From: a virus
Lineage: Duplodnaviria > Caudoviricetes
Strand: one strand, 5' to 3'
Length of the DNA stretch: 30,645 bases
Virus record (IMG/VR): IMGVR_UViG_3300033076_000862
Coordinates: 1-30,645 of that record
The position numbers and the translations under genes were made by a program. Of this stretch, positions 28,150 through 30,645 are shown piece by piece. The stretch's first letter is position 1. Each line of letters begins with the position of its first letter. The notes under the pieces are model-generated. The model saw nothing but the letters and a program-made list of their open reading frames with translations, ran no database searches and was not told where the DNA came from.

Positions 28150-28596
28150 ATGATATATCTTTTCACAGGACAACCGGGTAGTGGTAAAACTACTTTAGGA
28201 AAAAAATTACAATTTTGGTTACAGACTGATAAAAAAAATTGGAGAAAATCTGTATTTCATATAGATGGAGACCAATTAAGAGAACTATTCCCAAACACAG
28301 ATTATACCAAAGAGGGTAGAGAAAAAAACATCCAAAAGGCATTTGATATTGCAAAATATTTAGATGATTGTGGTAGTGATGTTGTTATTTCAATGGTATC
28401 ACCATACAGAGAGTTGAGAGAAAAACTCAAATCCGAATGTAAAGTACAAGAAATCTATTGTCATACTAAAAAAATGAGAGGTAAAGAAAATTTATTTGCG
28501 TTAGATTATGAACCACCTATTCAATTTTATATTGATTTGGATACATCTGATAATCCTGATAATACATTTTCTAAATTAATAAAAATTTTGTTATAA
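28150..28596 (+). CDS. cysC: Adenylylsulfate (APS) kinase-like P-loop kinase
   Basis: FTGQPGSGKTT, IDGDQLR, YTKEGREKN, ISMVSPY, YEPP. Confidence 0.8.
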   Translation: MIYLFTGQPGSGKTTLGKKLQFWLQTDKKNWRKSVFHIDGDQLRELFPNTDYTKEGREKNIQKAFDIAKYLDDCGSDVVISMVSPYRELREKLKSECKVQEIYCHTKKMRGKENLFALDYEPPIQFYIDLDTSDNPDNTFSKLIKILL

Positions 28597-29390
28597 TGGA
28601 ATTTAATAAAATATATGCAAACGGTTGTAGTTTTACAGGAGCCGGTGGTTTAAATTTTAAATTTATTAGAGATAAATACAAATTAATTCTTAATATGGAT
28701 TTGAGTGATGATTATATCCAATACGCATATCCAAATATAATTGCAAAGGCATTAAATGCAGATATAATCAATGAAGCAGTATCAGGTGGTTCTATGAATA
28801 GATTGATACGAAAAACATATCAATATGTTTATGATAATAAAGCATCCGTAGAAAATACTCTTTTTATATTAGAATTACCACCAATGTGGAGAGATGAAAT
28901 TTATTCAAATAAATTAGATAGATTGATGAATATCACATGGGGTAGTATAAAAGAACCATCAAACGATTTAACGGATATGGCAGCTGGATACGATATTACC
29001 GATATGCAAAAGATACATACTGAATTACAATCTTATTTTTACAATTTTGTAAATACAGATTTTGAATACAAATTGAGTATGAATAATTTCTTAGGTCTTA
29101 TGTGTTTTTTAATACACAATAACATAAAAGTTATATTAATAGATAATACTTCTTTTGAAAATTTTTTACATAGAAATGGATTTAAAAATGATTATAATTT
29201 TGTTAAATTTGATAATATGGAAATGCAAGAATGGTTTGTTATTAATAAATTAAGAATTAATGATGAATTAAAAGAAAAAGTAGATGGTCATGCTGGCATA
29301 GAAGGAAATCGTAGAATAGCACAAATAATTTTAAGTTATTTATATAAACAAAAATTAATTTCAAAAAATGAATCCATAAATTTAGTTTGA
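28596..29390 (+). CDS. SGNH/GDSL hydrolase-like protein (GCSF variant)
   Basis: YANGCSFT, AYP, NEAVSGGSM, C-terminal DGHAGIEGN. Confidence 0.6.
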   Translation: MEFNKIYANGCSFTGAGGLNFKFIRDKYKLILNMDLSDDYIQYAYPNIIAKALNADIINEAVSGGSMNRLIRKTYQYVYDNKASVENTLFILELPPMWRDEIYSNKLDRLMNITWGSIKEPSNDLTDMAAGYDITDMQKIHTELQSYFYNFVNTDFEYKLSMNNFLGLMCFLIHNNIKVILIDNTSFENFLHRNGFKNDYNFVKFDNMEMQEWFVINKLRINDELKEKVDGHAGIEGNRRIAQIILSYLYKQKLISKNESINLV

Positions 29391-29423
29391 TATACTTATT
29401 AGTAAAAACAAATAGTTATTAGT

Positions 29424-30026
29424 ATGGAAAACGAAGAAAACGAAGGTGGGTTTTTTCCTAACATAGAAGTTAAGGCAAACACTACAAAACGAGGGTTAGG
29501 TGCTAAACCCATTTTAGAATCTCAAATCAGAGCAGCACAAGAAAAATCAAAATCAGCATTTGAAGCAGCAAGAACATTGGGTGTATCTTATAACACATAT
29601 AAGAAATATGCCAAACTATACGGTATTTTTGAAGACCTTAAAAATCCATATGGTGTAGGTATTCAGAGGAATGTTGGAATCAGAAATATTAAATACAATA
29701 TAGAAGATTTGATTAGTGGAAAACATTTAAAATACCCATTACACAAATTCAAAAACAAACTATTTGCAAGTGGATATGTACCAAAGGTATGTAGTAGTTG
29801 TGGATTTAGTGAAGAACGATTAACGGATGGTAAAATGCCTCTTTTGATTGATTTTTTAGATGGAAATTTAAACAACAGAGTATTAGATAATATCAGACCA
29901 TTATGTTACAATTGTTTCTTCTTATTAGTGGGGGATAGAAATGTTAAAAATTGGTATGCAGATAATGGTGGAATACCTGAAAATGATGATTTATTAAACA
30001 ATTTAAATACAAACAAAGATGAGTAG
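29424..30026 (+). CDS. HTH plus HNH-like (zinc-binding) protein lacking the canonical histidines
   Basis: SAFEAARTLGVSYNTYKKY (helix-turn-helix); CSSCG...PLLIDFLDGNLNNRVLDNIRPLCYNCF (HNH scaffold). Confidence 0.7.
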   Translation: MENEENEGGFFPNIEVKANTTKRGLGAKPILESQIRAAQEKSKSAFEAARTLGVSYNTYKKYAKLYGIFEDLKNPYGVGIQRNVGIRNIKYNIEDLISGKHLKYPLHKFKNKLFASGYVPKVCSSCGFSEERLTDGKMPLLIDFLDGNLNNRVLDNIRPLCYNCFFLLVGDRNVKNWYADNGGIPENDDLLNNLNTNKDE

Positions 30027-30420
30027 TAGAAAGTATTTGCCTACATTGGCAGAATTAGTGGATAGATTGAGTATTGCGCAATTAAAAGAAAACTTTATTA
30101 CAGAACACAAAGAAGAATACAAAAAGGAGATACAAGATATTCTTCATGATATTCAGTTATTATTAGATGATGCTGAACCATTAACATCCGAAACAATTCG
30201 AGCAATTGTGGTTCTTTCACAAATGAACTTACACATTTGGCATAACGAATCAAACTATCGTAAGGGAATTAAAGATGGTAATAATTTAGAACTTACACAT
30301 GGTTTAAATGGAATCAGAAATACTGCTAAAAACAAAATTCAAGAGGTAGTTGGTGGTAGAAAGGATTATAAAATAGATTGTTTAGCAGCTGAATTTAAAG
30401 ACTGGGAGATTAGTTGGTAA
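30019..30420 (+). CDS. Helical hypothetical protein resembling the DUF6165 pattern
   Basis: TLAELVDRLSIAQLK...NLHIWHNE...R...LNGIRNTAKNKI. The resemblance is recalled from memory and was not searched. Confidence 0.5.
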   Translation: MSSRKYLPTLAELVDRLSIAQLKENFITEHKEEYKKEIQDILHDIQLLLDDAEPLTSETIRAIVVLSQMNLHIWHNESNYRKGIKDGNNLELTHGLNGIRNTAKNKIQEVVGGRKDYKIDCLAAEFKDWEISW

Positions 30421-30421
30421 T

Positions 30422-30589
30422 ATGAAGGAAGGTAAAAACATAGTAGAGAGAGTATTTAAAAGTGATGAATGTACCTCAATTTGGAAATACGATTTGGATA
30501 AATCAAATGTAAATCCAATATCAGTAGAACACAAATGGAATACATCATATCTGAAAGAAATAGAAATAAGACAAAAAAGAGGTAGATGA
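30422..30589 (+). CDS. Small hypothetical protein, 55 aa (not in supplied ORF track)
   Basis: ATG one base after the upstream TAA. MKEGKNIVERVFKSDECTSIWKYDLDKSNVNPISVEHKWNTSYLKEIEIRQKRGR-TGA fills the gap to the next promoter exactly. Confidence 0.6.
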   Translation: MKEGKNIVERVFKSDECTSIWKYDLDKSNVNPISVEHKWNTSYLKEIEIRQKRGR

Positions 30590-30620
30590 TTTGGAAAATT
30601 AAAAAAAAGTAGTATATTTG
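30590..30620 (+). promoter_or_regulatory. Bacteroidota-type primary-sigma promoter for a gene beyond the window
   Basis: TTTG at 30590-30593, 19-nt spacer, TATATTTG at 30613-30620. Shares TTGGAAAA..A-tract..TAnnTTTGT.AAACAA with the promoter at 1574-1611. Confidence 0.8.
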
Positions 30621-30645
30621 TGAAAACAAAAATAAATAAGTTATA

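Noticed and set aside
9763-29390. Ordinary bacterial capsule/O-antigen locus
   Set aside because: No flippase, polymerase, chain-length regulator, exporter or initiating transferase. It is contiguous with T4-like replication genes and interspersed with phage-type hypothetical genes.
189-29875. All minus-strand ORFs in the supplied track (e.g. 4040..4363, 17003..17458, 25956..26354)
   Set aside because: Each lies antisense to a longer + strand gene with a credible call and has the Ser/Phe/Ile/Leu-rich composition typical of shadow ORFs.
1-30645. Stop-codon reassignment, as found in some large Bacteroidota phages
   Set aside because: Genes are full-length and tile densely in the standard code; TAG (8858, 28147) and TGA both end genes at sensible boundaries.
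1-30645. tRNA, rRNA or structured ncRNA genes
   Set aside because: Intergenic gaps are all under about 75 nt and AT-rich, with no cloverleaf or GC-rich stems.

Overview
AT-rich, gene-dense window with every credible gene on the + strand and many joined by TAATG/ATGA overlaps. It reads as part of a large T4-like dsDNA phage genome. The host is probably a Bacteroidota: two (T)TTG-N19/20-TAnnTTTG promoters are present and Shine-Dalgarno sites are not evident. Region 1-9730 is a replication module: a gp45-like sliding clamp, family B DNA polymerase, dUTPase, gp44/gp62-like clamp loader and a 4-Cys PD-(D/E)XK nuclease, with three amino-DNA-methyltransferase-like genes interleaved. One methyltransferase ends in a motif resembling the polymerase's clamp-binding tail. 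Region 9763-29390 is a ~20 kb glycan-building and decorating island: about 9-11 glycosyltransferases, a HAD/nucleotidyltransferase fusion, a GDPD-like phosphodiesterase, DegT aminotransferase, GNAT, SAM methyltransferase, 2OG-Fe(II) oxygenase, three SGNH-like proteins, APS kinase and a sulfotransferase-like protein. The window ends with an HTH/HNH-like protein that has lost its catalytic histidines, plus small hypothetical genes. A manual scan found no GATC in 30.6 kb. All family calls come from motifs recognised by eye; no database search was run.
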